64,000 bases of DNA from Thermodesulfobacteriota bacterium (GTDB taxonomy: Bacteria > Desulfobacterota > Desulfarculia > JACQYL01): NCBI GenBank assembly GCA_963675595.2, contig CAXXLZ010000001.1, positions 1,088,001 through 1,152,000 on the forward strand, given 5' to 3'. This document shows, one piece after another, positions 28,052 to 37,985 of the stretch (its first letter is position 1; every line of letters begins with the position of its first letter). Below the pieces are notes generated by a model that saw only the letters and a list, made by a program, of their open reading frames with translations, was not told the origin of the DNA and did not search any database. Both the position numbers and the translations under genes were made by a program.

Positions 28052-29989
28052 TTACCCCGTCACTTGCTGCTTGACATAGTTGAGCGCGCCCCCCGCCAGA
28101 AGGAACCTACGCTGGCGGGGTGATACTTCAAGTCGAGCCATAACGGGTTTTCCATCCACTTCCGCCGTGATCTCCGTATCGCCTTTTTCCACTTTGTGTC
28201 GCACGTCCCGGATGGTCAAGAGGGCGCCGGGTGCGCAAAGGGCATAGTCGTCGGGGTTCACGAAGGTCAACGGGAGGATCCCGAAGTTGCACAGATTGGC
28301 TTTGTGAATCCGGGCGAAGCTCTTGGCCAGCTTCACCCTGACGCCCAGGTACCTCGGGGCCAGCGCGGCATGCTCCCTGCTCGATCCCTGACCGTAATTC
28401 TCTCCTCCGATCACGGCGACCACGCCGGCTTCTTTGGAGCGTCGGGGAAAATCAGGGTCCACCTGGGTGAACACGTAGGTACTGATGGCGTCGATGTTCG
28501 ATCGGAGAGGAAGAATCTGACTCCCGGCCGGCATGATGTGATCCGTGGTAATGTTGTCTTCCACCCGCAGCGTGATGCGCGCTTCCAACGTCTCCGGGAG
28601 CGGGTTCATGGCGGGCAGGGGACGAATGTTGGGGCCGCGGAGCACTTCCACGTCACGCTTGCCTTTGTCGGGAAAGATCAGGGAGGATTCGTCGATGAGG
28701 TACTTTTCCGGGTCTTGAATCCTCGGATAAGCCATTTCCTTTCCCAGGTCTCGCGGGTCCGTGATGACACCGGTGAGTGCCGCGGCGGCCGCGGTTTCGG
28801 GCGAACACAAATACACCTTGTCGTCCTTGGTGCCCGACCGTCCGGGAAAGTTGCGCGGAAACGTGCGCAGACTGACCTGCCCGCTGCCGGGAGCCTGACC
28901 CATGCCGATGCATCCCAGGCATCCGGATTCGTGAATCCGTGCGCCGGCCAGGAGCAGCCACAAAGCGCCGCCCTGAACCGCCACGTTTTCCATCACCTGA
29001 CGGCTGCCGGGGTTAATGTGGAAAGAAACCTCCGGATGCACGTGCCGATTTTCCATCACTTTGGCCGCGACCATGAGGTCCCGAAAAGACGAATTGACGC
29101 TGCTGCCCACAATGACCTGATGCACCTTGACGCCTGCCGTCTCCCTCACCGGAACCACGTTTCCCGGAGAAGAGGGGCAGGCGATGAGGGGCTCCAGGGT
29201 GGAGAGGTCGATGCGGTCCTTTTCATGGTAATCCGCATCCGGGTCCGGAAGCAGTTCCACCCAGTCCTCGCCCCGTCCCTGGGATTCGAGATACTTGCGG
29301 GTATTGTCGTCCGAAGGGAAGACCGTGCTCGTGGCGCCCAATTCGGTGCCCATATTCCCGATGGTTTCGCGGTCCGTGGCCGACAGGCTCATGAGTCCGG
29401 GGCCGTGGTATTCCACGACTTTGCCGACGCACCCCTTAACCCCGTAGCGTCTCAGCATCTCGAGGATCACGTCCTTGGCACTGACCCAATCGGGTAATGC
29501 TCCCACCAACTCGATGCCCAAAACTCGAGGGCAGGGGATATAGTAGGCTCTTCCCGCCATGGCCATGGCCACGTCGAGGCCTCCGGCGCCCACGCCCATC
29601 ATGGAGACACCGGCGGCGCCCGGTGTGTGGCTGTCCGCTCCGATGACCGTCTTTCCCGGAATGCCGAAACGTTCCATGTGCACCTGATGCGAAATCCCGT
29701 TGCCCGCCGGGCTGTAGGTGATGCCGTATTTGGCGCAGGCCGTGCGCAGGAATTGGTGGTCGTCGGCGTTTTTGAAATCGGTCTGAATGATGTTGTGATC
29801 CACGTACTGCACCGCGGTTTCGATGGAGACGGATTCAAGGCCCATGGCTTCAAATTCGAGCATGGCCATGGTGCCGGTGGCGTCCTGGAGAAGGGCGTGG
29901 TCGATCCGAATTCCGATTTCCTCCCCCGGTATGAGTTCGCCTTCCACGAGGTGATTTTCCAGTATCTTGTAAGTGAGAGATTTACCCAT
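28052..29989 (-). CDS. Aconitate hydratase
   Basis: QDATG, GADSHT, GCLGCIGMG, RTFPRNFPGR, ITTDHIMP, NYGQGSSREHA. Confidence 0.93.
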   Translation of the reverse strand: MGKSLTYKILENHLVEGELIPGEEIGIRIDHALLQDATGTMAMLEFEAMGLESVSIETAVQYVDHNIIQTDFKNADDHQFLRTACAKYGITYSPAGNGISHQVHMERFGIPGKTVIGADSHTPGAAGVSMMGVGAGGLDVAMAMAGRAYYIPCPRVLGIELVGALPDWVSAKDVILEMLRRYGVKGCVGKVVEYHGPGLMSLSATDRETIGNMGTELGATSTVFPSDDNTRKYLESQGRGEDWVELLPDPDADYHEKDRIDLSTLEPLIACPSSPGNVVPVRETAGVKVHQVIVGSSVNSSFRDLMVAAKVMENRHVHPEVSFHINPGSRQVMENVAVQGGALWLLLAGARIHESGCLGCIGMGQAPGSGQVSLRTFPRNFPGRSGTKDDKVYLCSPETAAAAALTGVITDPRDLGKEMAYPRIQDPEKYLIDESSLIFPDKGKRDVEVLRGPNIRPLPAMNPLPETLEARITLRVEDNITTDHIMPAGSQILPLRSNIDAISTYVFTQVDPDFPRRSKEAGVVAVIGGENYGQGSSREHAALAPRYLGVRVKLAKSFARIHKANLCNFGILPLTFVNPDDYALCAPGALLTIRDVRHKVEKGDTEITAEVDGKPVMARLEVSPRQRRFLLAGGALNYVKQQVTG

Positions 29990-30383
29990 GAAATACGCTC
30001 CCTGAGTTTCTGTGTTGCAGAGGTCGTTTCGCCGTTCGTCCCATACAAATAGGCGAAAACCGACCTAGGATTAAGAATGGTATCGAAAAGAAGGGTTCAT
30101 TTCATCCACTTTCTCCCGGACCCCGTCGCCGGACGGGCCATGGAACCCGGTGGCGTGCACCATGGGAGACATTTCAAGGCTTGCGCGGTCTCATTCCATG
30201 ATTATTTTCACATCCGGGTAAATGAAGGGACACTGCACGGTGTGCGCGGCGTTTCGAGCGCCGGCGCCCGTGAGCAGATTCCTTGACCCGCGTGGAACTT
30301 CACTATATGTAACCCAACGTTGATCGTGCGTAGTACTCCCACCGGTATCTTCTAATTTCACTCTTTCCGTCGAGGGGAAAAGA

Positions 30384-30707
30384 ATGGCTTACACAAGCGC
30401 CGAAGAAATATTCTCGCAAGTAGAAAATAAGTTCAATGCGGACAAAGCGAAAGGCCTGAGTGCGGTTTTTCAGTTCAACATCACCGGGGACGGCGGAGGC
30501 AAGTGGTACGTGATCGTGGACCAGGGAAGTTGCACCGTTCAATCCGGCATGCACGCCAGTCCCAACGTGAGTCTGACCATGGACGCTCCCACATGGGTGG
30601 GCATGGTCAACGGCGACGTTAGCGGGATCCAGGCGTTCATGAGCGGTAAGCTCTTTGTGAACGGCGATCTCAACCTGGCGCAGAGTATTCAGGACCTGTT
30701 CAAATAG
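30384..30707 (+). CDS. SCP2 sterol/lipid-binding domain protein
   Basis: FQFNITGDGGGKWY...AFMSGKLFVNGD. Confidence 0.88.
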   Translation: MAYTSAEEIFSQVENKFNADKAKGLSAVFQFNITGDGGGKWYVIVDQGSCTVQSGMHASPNVSLTMDAPTWVGMVNGDVSGIQAFMSGKLFVNGDLNLAQSIQDLFK

Positions 30708-30830
30708 AGACCATTCACAGTTGGGGGAAAGTGGGCGATCGCACTTCCCGTGTCTCGCAGGGGCCGAATGAACAAGCCGGTGCCGGGCGATCCCCTCTTG
30801 TGACTCTCAGTACGCAGGAAGGCACTTTTT

Positions 30831-31229
30831 ATGATCGGTCTTCTCGTTCGATGGGTGATCGTCGCGGTGGCCATTGTGCTCGCCGCTTATCTCGTGGACG
30901 GTATTCAGGTGAAGGGGTTTTTCTCGGCCTTTTTCGCGGCGGCCATGTTGGGCATACTCAACGCCTTTTTCCGGCCCATCCTTCTGATTCTCACGTTGCC
31001 CGTGAATATTCTGACTTTCGGGCTTTTCACCTTTGTCATCAACGCCATGATGCTCAAAATGGCGTCCGCGGTCATCCCCGGTTTCCAGGTCGTGGGTTTT
31101 TGGGCGGCGGTGGGCGGGTCGCTCATCGTGAGCGTGGTGAGCTGGCTTCTCACTTCGTTCATCAACGAGCGAGGCCGGGTGGAATATATCGAGCTCCGCA
31201 AGAAACAGGACGGCACCTGGGATCGCTAG
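30831..31229 (+). CDS. YvlD-like 4-TM membrane protein (phage_holin_4_2 family)
   Basis: NAFFRPILLILTLPVNILTFGLFTFVINA motif. Confidence 0.85.
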   Translation: MIGLLVRWVIVAVAIVLAAYLVDGIQVKGFFSAFFAAAMLGILNAFFRPILLILTLPVNILTFGLFTFVINAMMLKMASAVIPGFQVVGFWAAVGGSLIVSVVSWLLTSFINERGRVEYIELRKKQDGTWDR

Positions 31230-31627
31230 CGGACCGGTGAACCAGGCGGTCCAAGGCGTTACGCCTCCTCCCTCGTCACTTCCCGTAGACGGCCCTTCGC
31301 GATGATGCCGAGCACTGCGTCGCTTGCGGGCGTTTTCGAATCTCCGCCTGACACGACCTTTCAGGTTTGTGCCCATCGGTTCGTCCGGATTTGCGGAAGG
31401 ATGAGAGGCCTACCCAGGTACCGGAAATGCCGCGTGCACGTTTGCACGGGAGTTGCTGAGAACGCCGAGCCCCGGCTCGGCGCTACTCCGGGCGATGCTT
31501 CCACTCGAATGCACCCTTGGAATGATTCGGCGCCACGGAAATTCGAGTCCATACGGGCGTGCTTGAAAGTTCCGCGGGACAAGTCCGGGAGGGTACGTTC
31601 AGCGGACAGGCGTGAATCGGAGCGGTT

Positions 31628-32098
31628 CTACTCCAACAGGTTGGCGTCGTCGGCCGGAGTGAGGAGATCATCCAAGGCTTTGCTTTCCCCCGGCCCCCGA
31701 TCCGGTTCCGTGATCATGCGGCAGAACCCGTGCAGCAGGGCCCCCTTTTCCATGGTGAGAATCCCCGCCTCGATATCGCCGTGCACCTTGCCGGTGCTCC
31801 CGATGTCCAGTTGCTTCAGGGCGGAGATGCTTCCCATGACTTCGCCGTTCACCACCACGTGGTCCGCGATGATGTCCGCTTCCACCAAGCCTTTCCTACC
31901 CACCACCACGGATGACTTGGATTCGATTCTTCCCTTGAAGCTGCCTTCCACATAAACGGAATTTCTCAGGAAGAGCATGCCCTGGAACACGCTGTCGGGT
32001 CCGATGACCGTATCCAGACTATGCGTGGTTTTGAGCTCACGCTCCGCTTTGGAGAACAGCTTGGGCATGAGGGATATTCCCGGGATCGCGTGAGACAT
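31628..32098 (-). CDS. Bactofilin (polymer-forming cytoskeletal protein)
   Basis: TVIG...G.IEA beta-helical repeats, e.g. VEGSFKGRI, VVNGEVMGSI, GKVHGDI. Confidence 0.88.
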   Translation of the reverse strand: MSHAIPGISLMPKLFSKAERELKTTHSLDTVIGPDSVFQGMLFLRNSVYVEGSFKGRIESKSSVVVGRKGLVEADIIADHVVVNGEVMGSISALKQLDIGSTGKVHGDIEAGILTMEKGALLHGFCRMITEPDRGPGESKALDDLLTPADDANLLE

Positions 32099-32116
32099 AA
32101 GTCAAAAGGGAGGTGC

Positions 32117-33199
32117 TCACCTCAGGTTGGACAAGTGGGTTTCGTCGCCCCCTCCGCCCACGTGCAAATACATGGGAGCGAGGGTATGATTGCGGAATGT
32201 GAAGTCCCAGATGTAGCCCGTGGGATCTTTGTAGTGTTTGTTCTCAATGACCGAATAATGCAGGTGCGTTCCCGTGCTTCGGCCCGTATTGCCCATGTAG
32301 CCGATGACCTGTCCGCGCTTGACGAATTGTCTTTTCTTCACGTTGACTTTGTTGAGATGCCCGTAAAGCGTTTCGATGCCGGACCCGTGATTGATTCTGA
32401 CCATCCTGCCCATGAATCGGTCGGTCTTGGTTTCCACCACTCTGCCGTCGGCGGGCGCGAGAATCTCGTCATTGAGGGCGCCGGCCACGTCCAGACCGTT
32501 GTGGTAGGCTCTTTGCCCGGTAAAGGGGTCTCTCCGCCATCCGAAACCCGACGAAACCCACAAGGCGTCTCCCCGCACGGGAAGGATGGACGGCATCTTC
32601 TTGAATCGGGCTTGCTGTTCGTCGAGAAAATCGAGGACTTCTTCGGTGCGTTCGTCAATAAGGCCGGCATAACGGTAGAGACTGTCCGTTTCCCGATCAG
32701 CGGAGGGAACGTACCATGTGGGTCCGCCTGAATCGAGGCCGGCGGGCATGGTGGCCGCGGGGGGCATACCGCCCTGGTGTGAATCCCGAAGCGGCGTGAA
32801 TTCGTGGGTTTCCAGCCCCAGGTATTGTCTTATGCGGATGTCGAACTCGTTGATCTCATCCAACTTGACCCTGATTCTGTCGAAACGATCCGAGAGCTCG
32901 TCGATTTTCCTTTGTCGTTCCTCGAGATCGGCCTCTTTGCTGGAAATGATCCGATCTTGGTTTTCGAGTTGGCTTTTCAATGAATGGTTCAACTGACTCA
33001 GGTGCCGGCTGCGTGCATGCGACACATACACCACAACGCCGAAGGTCAGCGACAGACTCAACCAGACACCCAATCCCACGACGAGCCATTTGGGAACCGA
33101 GATTGTCCGCGTCGTTCGGTTCGGGCCCCCTACCAGCAGTACGGTGATCTTCACGGCTCTTCCCCTGGTGTGCTCAGCAGGTGTTGACTCGGAACGCAC
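32117..33199 (-). CDS. Membrane-anchored M23 peptidase with coiled coil
   Basis: N-terminal TM, coiled coil, HNGLD and HLHY Zn motifs, GNTGRSTG. Confidence 0.9.
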   Translation of the reverse strand: MRSESTPAEHTRGRAVKITVLLVGGPNRTTRTISVPKWLVVGLGVWLSLSLTFGVVVYVSHARSRHLSQLNHSLKSQLENQDRIISSKEADLEERQRKIDELSDRFDRIRVKLDEINEFDIRIRQYLGLETHEFTPLRDSHQGGMPPAATMPAGLDSGGPTWYVPSADRETDSLYRYAGLIDERTEEVLDFLDEQQARFKKMPSILPVRGDALWVSSGFGWRRDPFTGQRAYHNGLDVAGALNDEILAPADGRVVETKTDRFMGRMVRINHGSGIETLYGHLNKVNVKKRQFVKRGQVIGYMGNTGRSTGTHLHYSVIENKHYKDPTGYIWDFTFRNHTLAPMYLHVGGGGDETHLSNLR

Positions 33200-33709
33200 A
33201 ACTCATAGACCGCATTGTACGGAAACAACGGGAACTTCATGAGTGACCGGGATCGATCACGGATTCTTTCGGGGACGACTCCACGGCTTTTCGGCCGTCC
33301 GCCTGAGACGATACGCCACGACGCATCACCGAAGGCATCGGCCGTTCGGCGGATTTCCTTGACACGCCGTTGCGTTCAGGCCGTCCTCGGGCCGCACCAC
33401 AACCTGCGACTTGCTCCCAACCCGTGCCGTGTCAAAGTACCCTTGTATATTCGGTACTTAGGAAGAAACGAGATCAATTTGTGACCCTATATCACAAGGG
33501 CCGGATCAAGTCAACGGGGAAAGAGGGAGTAGGGAAGAGCGCGGACATCGGCCGGAATCGGGTTCAGGAGAGGGCCGTTCCCGCTTGCCGCCACCGGCCC
33601 GCAACCCGGCCGGCACAAAAGAGGAGAGGAGGGGCGACACGGAACAGGGCCTAAGACCGGGGCGCGGGCACCCTCGGTCCGGGGTGGGCTGGGGACACGC
33701 CCGGAAACG

Positions 33710-36700
33710 TCATCCTCCAAAGCGCCCCATCCATTGCGCCGCGTGTTCGGCCAGGTCCCGCCGGCCCAACCGGAGGAACCCGTCCCTGGATCGTTGCAGG
33801 ATTTCCAGACCTTGCTCCCGATGCCCGCCGCCGCAGAGGATCGGCCCCAGGTCCAGGCCCACGGCACAGATTCCGTCCAGGCGACCGAGTTTCATGTAGA
33901 TATGGTAGGATTCCGACAGCCGGTCATAAGCTCTTTGGTGCTCTTGTTTTTCGGCATCCATGCGGGCCATGCTCCACAGCGTGTAGGCCACGCCGTCCGG
34001 GTCGCCCAGCTCCTGGAAGACCTCAAGCCTTTCCTCATGTAGCTTGAGAGCGTCGTCCACCTCCCCTTTGGAAACCTTGATGCGAGCGATGTCGCCCAAG
34101 GTCACGGCTCTTTCTCGCCGGTCGCCCAGCTCCTGGAAGACCTCAAGCCTTTCCTCATGTAGCTTGAGAGCGTCGTCCACCTCCCCTTTGTCCACCTTGA
34201 TGCGAGCGATGTCGCCCAGGGTCACGGCTCTTGATCGCCGGTCGCCCAGCTCCTGGAATACCTCAAGCCTTTCCTCATGTAGCTTGAGAGCGTCGTCCAC
34301 CTCCCCTTTGTCCACCTTGATGCGAGCGATGTCGCCCAGGGCGATGAGTTGGTCCCTTTGGGCGCCCAAGGCGTCGAATCTTCGTTCCGCGTCCGTGAAG
34401 CTCTTCTCCGCCTCGTCCAATGCACCCTGTTGTTGCTTGAGCCGTCCCCGGGTCAACAGAATGGAGGCGTAGGTGAAATTCTCCCCGGTCTTTGCCTTTT
34501 CGTCGGGCGCTCCCAAGAGGGCGAGGGCCCGTTCCACGCAATCCGCGGCTTGTGGGACATGCCCCGTGGCCTGTAGGACCTGTCCGGCCTGGTGATAAAA
34601 GTCCGCGGTTCCTTGCGTTCCGGATTTTTCCAGCAAGGCGAGGCAGTCCACGGCAAAGGCGGACGCTTGGCGGTGTTGGAACCGGCTTTCCAGAAAACCA
34701 ATCGCGTCCGCGGCGGTGTGCGCCGCGACTTCCGCGGATTCGGCGGCGAGGGCCAATCGGGCCAACTCCCAATCCGCGGCCGGGGGGCGACGGGACCCGT
34801 CCCTTCCGCCCCAGGCCCGAAACAGGGAGCCCACCACCCGGGAAGCCAATGTTCGGACTTCGTCGTGGGACAATGGGCGTAAACGCGCCGCGACCAGGGG
34901 GTGGACCGCCGCGGCCATCTGCCCGCGGTCCACCGGGTCTTCAAACCGCGACCAGAGTCCCAGTCCGAAAATCCGAACCCCCGTGGGTTCGCCGGCGGCG
35001 TACCCGCACTCCTTAGCCACCATCTCCAGCACCTTCACAGGCACGGGGAGTTGAAACAGGGTCGAAGCCCGGAGCAGTTCCGTTTCTCCCTCGCCGAGCA
35101 AACCCAGCATGCGGTCCACGGCGAGGTTTTCGAGGAATTCCTGAAGTTCCCCGGCCCGCGGCGGCGCGCCGCCTTGAAGAAACGCCTCCATGGCCTCGAG
35201 GGTATCGTTCAATACACGGAACGTGTCCGCCGATTCTTCCGCATGCGGTCCATGCTCCTTTTGGGCCTGCAGAAACATGCGAAAGAGCAGGTCCTGCAGT
35301 CCCGGATTCCCCCGAGCCGCTGAAACGATCCGCTCGGTGATCGCGGGTTTCAGGGTTTCCGGCGCCACGCCCGCCGCCCGCGATTTGGCCTCCATCTGCT
35401 TGACACCGTCGTGGGCTTCCATGGGGTTGAGGGAGAGGGGGAAGAGGGCTTCGGCCAAGTCCTTTTCCCCATGGGGTTTCAATTGAAACGTGTAGCGGGA
35501 GGTGAAGATCAAACCCGAGCGCGTGCCGCTCCCGGCGCGTTTGAAGGCCCGGATCACGGAACGGATGGTTTCCCGGTAGTCGGGATGCACGGGGTGGGGG
35601 AAAGGGGTCTCGGTGAGCAGGGCTTGTTCGAAATCGTCGATGATCAGCAGCATCGGCGCGGGTTCCCGGCCGTCGCCTTGAGCTCGGTCACGGCAGGGTC
35701 CGGTGAGGATTTCGTGCAACGTTCGCTCAAGAGCCTCCGGATCGTCGTTCACCGAGTCCCTGTATCGCGTCGCGATATCGGCCACCGGCGCCGTGGGGAA
35801 GGCTTCGGCCACGGCGGACAGCACGGCCGGAGCATCGTATCGCCCGAACACCACCGCGGTGCGATGTCCATACAGGCCGTGCAACCGGTTGGCCACGCGG
35901 GCCGCCAGGCTGGATTTCCCCTGCCGCCCCAATCCGTGGATCAACACGCCGGCGTATTCATCCCCTTGCAGGGCTTTCAAGACCTTCTGTATCTCCCGCC
36001 TGCGGCCCACGAATTCCCATCGTCCCGCAACCGGAATCCGTCTCTGGGTGTCCAGGAATTCCTTGACTCCGCTGTCGGCTCCTCCGGGCCGCGCCATGCG
36101 GTCCCCGCCGCAAACCGGTCCCCCGCCCTTGGGTCCCAGGTAGACCCGGGCCAGGTGCCAATCCCTGGAAGGTGGGGCTTCACGCGCTTGGGCTTCGGGA
36201 GAGAGCAGCCCGTGCCGGGCGTAAGCCGTGGAAGTCTCCAGGTCGTGTTTGCGGCTCAGGGATCCGTACAATTCTTCCGCGAAACGGGTGGCCTCCGCGT
36301 CTTGCACCGTTCCGCTCCATCCCAGCACCGTCGGCACGCCTCTGCGCACCAGGTCGCAGGCAAAGGAGTTCATGACCTTGTCGCCGGTCTCGCCGGTCCT
36401 GCACGCCGAGGCGAAAAACAGGCGGGGCCCGACCTGGCCCAATTCACGGCTGAAGGCTTCCGGACCGGCGAAGTGGGGGGCCCCCTCGTCCGTTTCCAGA
36501 ATCAGCACGGGTTGTCCGTCTCTGATGTCCCCGTGACAGGAAACGTGCAGCACAAAGGGGTCGGACGCCCGCGAAAGGGTTTCCGCGAGTCCCCGAAGCG
36601 TGCCGCTTTCTTCCACGGTGAGGTCCATGCCCAGGTTTCCCGTGGCCTGAAACACGGCGCGTTCCTCGTCTTCAAAGCGCAAAGGTTGCGCCTCCGATAC

Positions 36701-37174
36701 GGAAGGGGAGGCCGCCATGAAGGCGAGGGACAGTCGTTGGGGACCGCACGGGTCCGGCTCCATCGGGTCGCCGATGCGGCGCACGGGACAGTAGAGCACA
36801 TGGCCGTCCCCCGCGAGATGGCCTTTGTGGTCGGCGGCCAGTTCCCAGGGCACTTCCAGAAAACGGAGCATGGGGTCCGTGGGGTCCCGGGGCACGCGAA
36901 ACTCCACGATGAAGGGCACGGACCGATGCTCTTTGAGTCTGGAAAATGAGTTATCGTGCCGGTCCAGCCATTGGACTATTTCCCGTCCCAAAGAGAGCAG
37001 GTCCTCGGCCGGGTCCGGCTTGAAAAGGGCCCTGCGGTAGGCGCGGATCCAGGCTTCGAATTCTTTCGGTTCGTCCGGTTGGATCGGTCGGTCCCGAAGC
37101 GTGCGGTCGCCTTCCCCGCATTCCAGGTACAGATTCCCACCGACGCTTTTCAAGAAAAAGTAAGGCCGGTCCAT
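33710..37174 (-). CDS. CHAT (caspase-like) protease + STAND NTPase + TPR repeat protein
   Basis: LEVPWEL, VLHVSCHG (His), FFASACRTG (Cys), GLGRQGKSS Walker A, LLIIDDFE Walker B, RGNPGL, 40-aa TPR-like repeats. ATG 37174 follows GGGAG. Confidence 0.88.
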   Translation of the reverse strand: MDRPYFFLKSVGGNLYLECGEGDRTLRDRPIQPDEPKEFEAWIRAYRRALFKPDPAEDLLSLGREIVQWLDRHDNSFSRLKEHRSVPFIVEFRVPRDPTDPMLRFLEVPWELAADHKGHLAGDGHVLYCPVRRIGDPMEPDPCGPQRLSLAFMAASPSVSEAQPLRFEDEERAVFQATGNLGMDLTVEESGTLRGLAETLSRASDPFVLHVSCHGDIRDGQPVLILETDEGAPHFAGPEAFSRELGQVGPRLFFASACRTGETGDKVMNSFACDLVRRGVPTVLGWSGTVQDAEATRFAEELYGSLSRKHDLETSTAYARHGLLSPEAQAREAPPSRDWHLARVYLGPKGGGPVCGGDRMARPGGADSGVKEFLDTQRRIPVAGRWEFVGRRREIQKVLKALQGDEYAGVLIHGLGRQGKSSLAARVANRLHGLYGHRTAVVFGRYDAPAVLSAVAEAFPTAPVADIATRYRDSVNDDPEALERTLHEILTGPCRDRAQGDGREPAPMLLIIDDFEQALLTETPFPHPVHPDYRETIRSVIRAFKRAGSGTRSGLIFTSRYTFQLKPHGEKDLAEALFPLSLNPMEAHDGVKQMEAKSRAAGVAPETLKPAITERIVSAARGNPGLQDLLFRMFLQAQKEHGPHAEESADTFRVLNDTLEAMEAFLQGGAPPRAGELQEFLENLAVDRMLGLLGEGETELLRASTLFQLPVPVKVLEMVAKECGYAAGEPTGVRIFGLGLWSRFEDPVDRGQMAAAVHPLVAARLRPLSHDEVRTLASRVVGSLFRAWGGRDGSRRPPAADWELARLALAAESAEVAAHTAADAIGFLESRFQHRQASAFAVDCLALLEKSGTQGTADFYHQAGQVLQATGHVPQAADCVERALALLGAPDEKAKTGENFTYASILLTRGRLKQQQGALDEAEKSFTDAERRFDALGAQRDQLIALGDIARIKVDKGEVDDALKLHEERLEVFQELGDRRSRAVTLGDIARIKVDKGEVDDALKLHEERLEVFQELGDRRERAVTLGDIARIKVSKGEVDDALKLHEERLEVFQELGDPDGVAYTLWSMARMDAEKQEHQRAYDRLSESYHIYMKLGRLDGICAVGLDLGPILCGGGHREQGLEILQRSRDGFLRLGRRDLAEHAAQWMGRFGG
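34001..34341 (-). repeat. About 2.85 near-identical 120-bp tandem repeats encoding 40-aa TPR units
   Basis: Units start at 34001, 34121 and 34241 (GTCGCCCAGCTCCTGGAA...). Differences are confined to a few codons. Confidence 0.95.
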
Positions 37175-37197
37175 GGCGCGCTCCCGTGTGGCGAGGT

Positions 37198-37617
37198 TCA
37201 GGTCTTCGAGGGGTGTGAGTCCGTCTTGTCGGACAGTTCCGCAAAGGAGGCCTTTTCGATTTCCCATTCCATCTTGCCGATGCGGAACCGGATCGTGGTA
37301 ATGCGTTTGATCTTCTTCAGGTTCCCGCCTTGTTCGAGCAGTCGTTCGAAGCGGCGTTTCTTGTCGAGACGATCCTTGATTTCAAGGGCCGTCAGCAGGG
37401 CGGCCGGAATGGCCAGAACAGCGGCGGCCAGGCTTGCCGCCGCATCGATCAGGGCCGGGTCCCACTTGGTCCCCGGTTCTCCCCGCGCGGATCCTTCGTT
37501 GTGAGTGAATCTTTCGGGCCGGGTTCCGAATTCCGCGCGGATGATCTCGGAAAGCGCATCCGCGGCTGCTTCGGCATCCTCACCAATGATCTCGATCCAG
37601 ATTTTTTCTTCGCTCAT
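37198..37617 (-). CDS. Small protein upstream of the CHAT gene, EACC1-like architecture
   Basis: 139 aa with acidic N-terminus, a GEPGTK linker, a hydrophobic helix (AAASLAAAVLAIPAALLTAL) and a basic C-terminus. Ends 23 nt before the CHAT start. Confidence 0.6.
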   Translation of the reverse strand: MSEEKIWIEIIGEDAEAAADALSEIIRAEFGTRPERFTHNEGSARGEPGTKWDPALIDAAASLAAAVLAIPAALLTALEIKDRLDKKRRFERLLEQGGNLKKIKRITTIRFRIGKMEWEIEKASFAELSDKTDSHPSKT

Positions 37618-37985
37618 GACGCGGCATCCATCGGGTTGCGGCGACGGACCGGGAAAACGGGGCTGCATTGACCGCATGGACCACGGTCCGCCCGGGTGAC
37701 AAGGTCGCCGCGGCCTCCGTGAATCGGGTTGAAGCGTAAATACGGGAGTGATGATCTTATGGGGCAATTATACAGGAACGGGGCGAAAAGAAAAGACGTG
37801 AGAGGACTCCGTATCCGTTTTCAGGGTCAGGCACGGCCAAGCCTGCCGGTTTGCGCCGGAAGGGTCCGAGGTTCCCGAGTCCCGCCGCTCGTTCGGAGGA
37901 ATCCGGGATACGCCGTTCCCCCGGCGGACCGCCCCATGTCGGGCGCGTTTGGATGGAGACGCCCAAGCCCGAAGCACCGGATGCT

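Noticed and set aside
30831-33199. Holin + peptidase as a prophage lysis cassette
   Set aside because: YvlD-like and M23/bactofilin genes are normal chromosomal genes on opposite strands; no phage genes are nearby.
34001-34341. Possible CRISPR array or DGR repeat
   Set aside because: The units are contiguous, in-frame 120-bp coding repeats with no spacers; no cas or reverse transcriptase gene is in the window.
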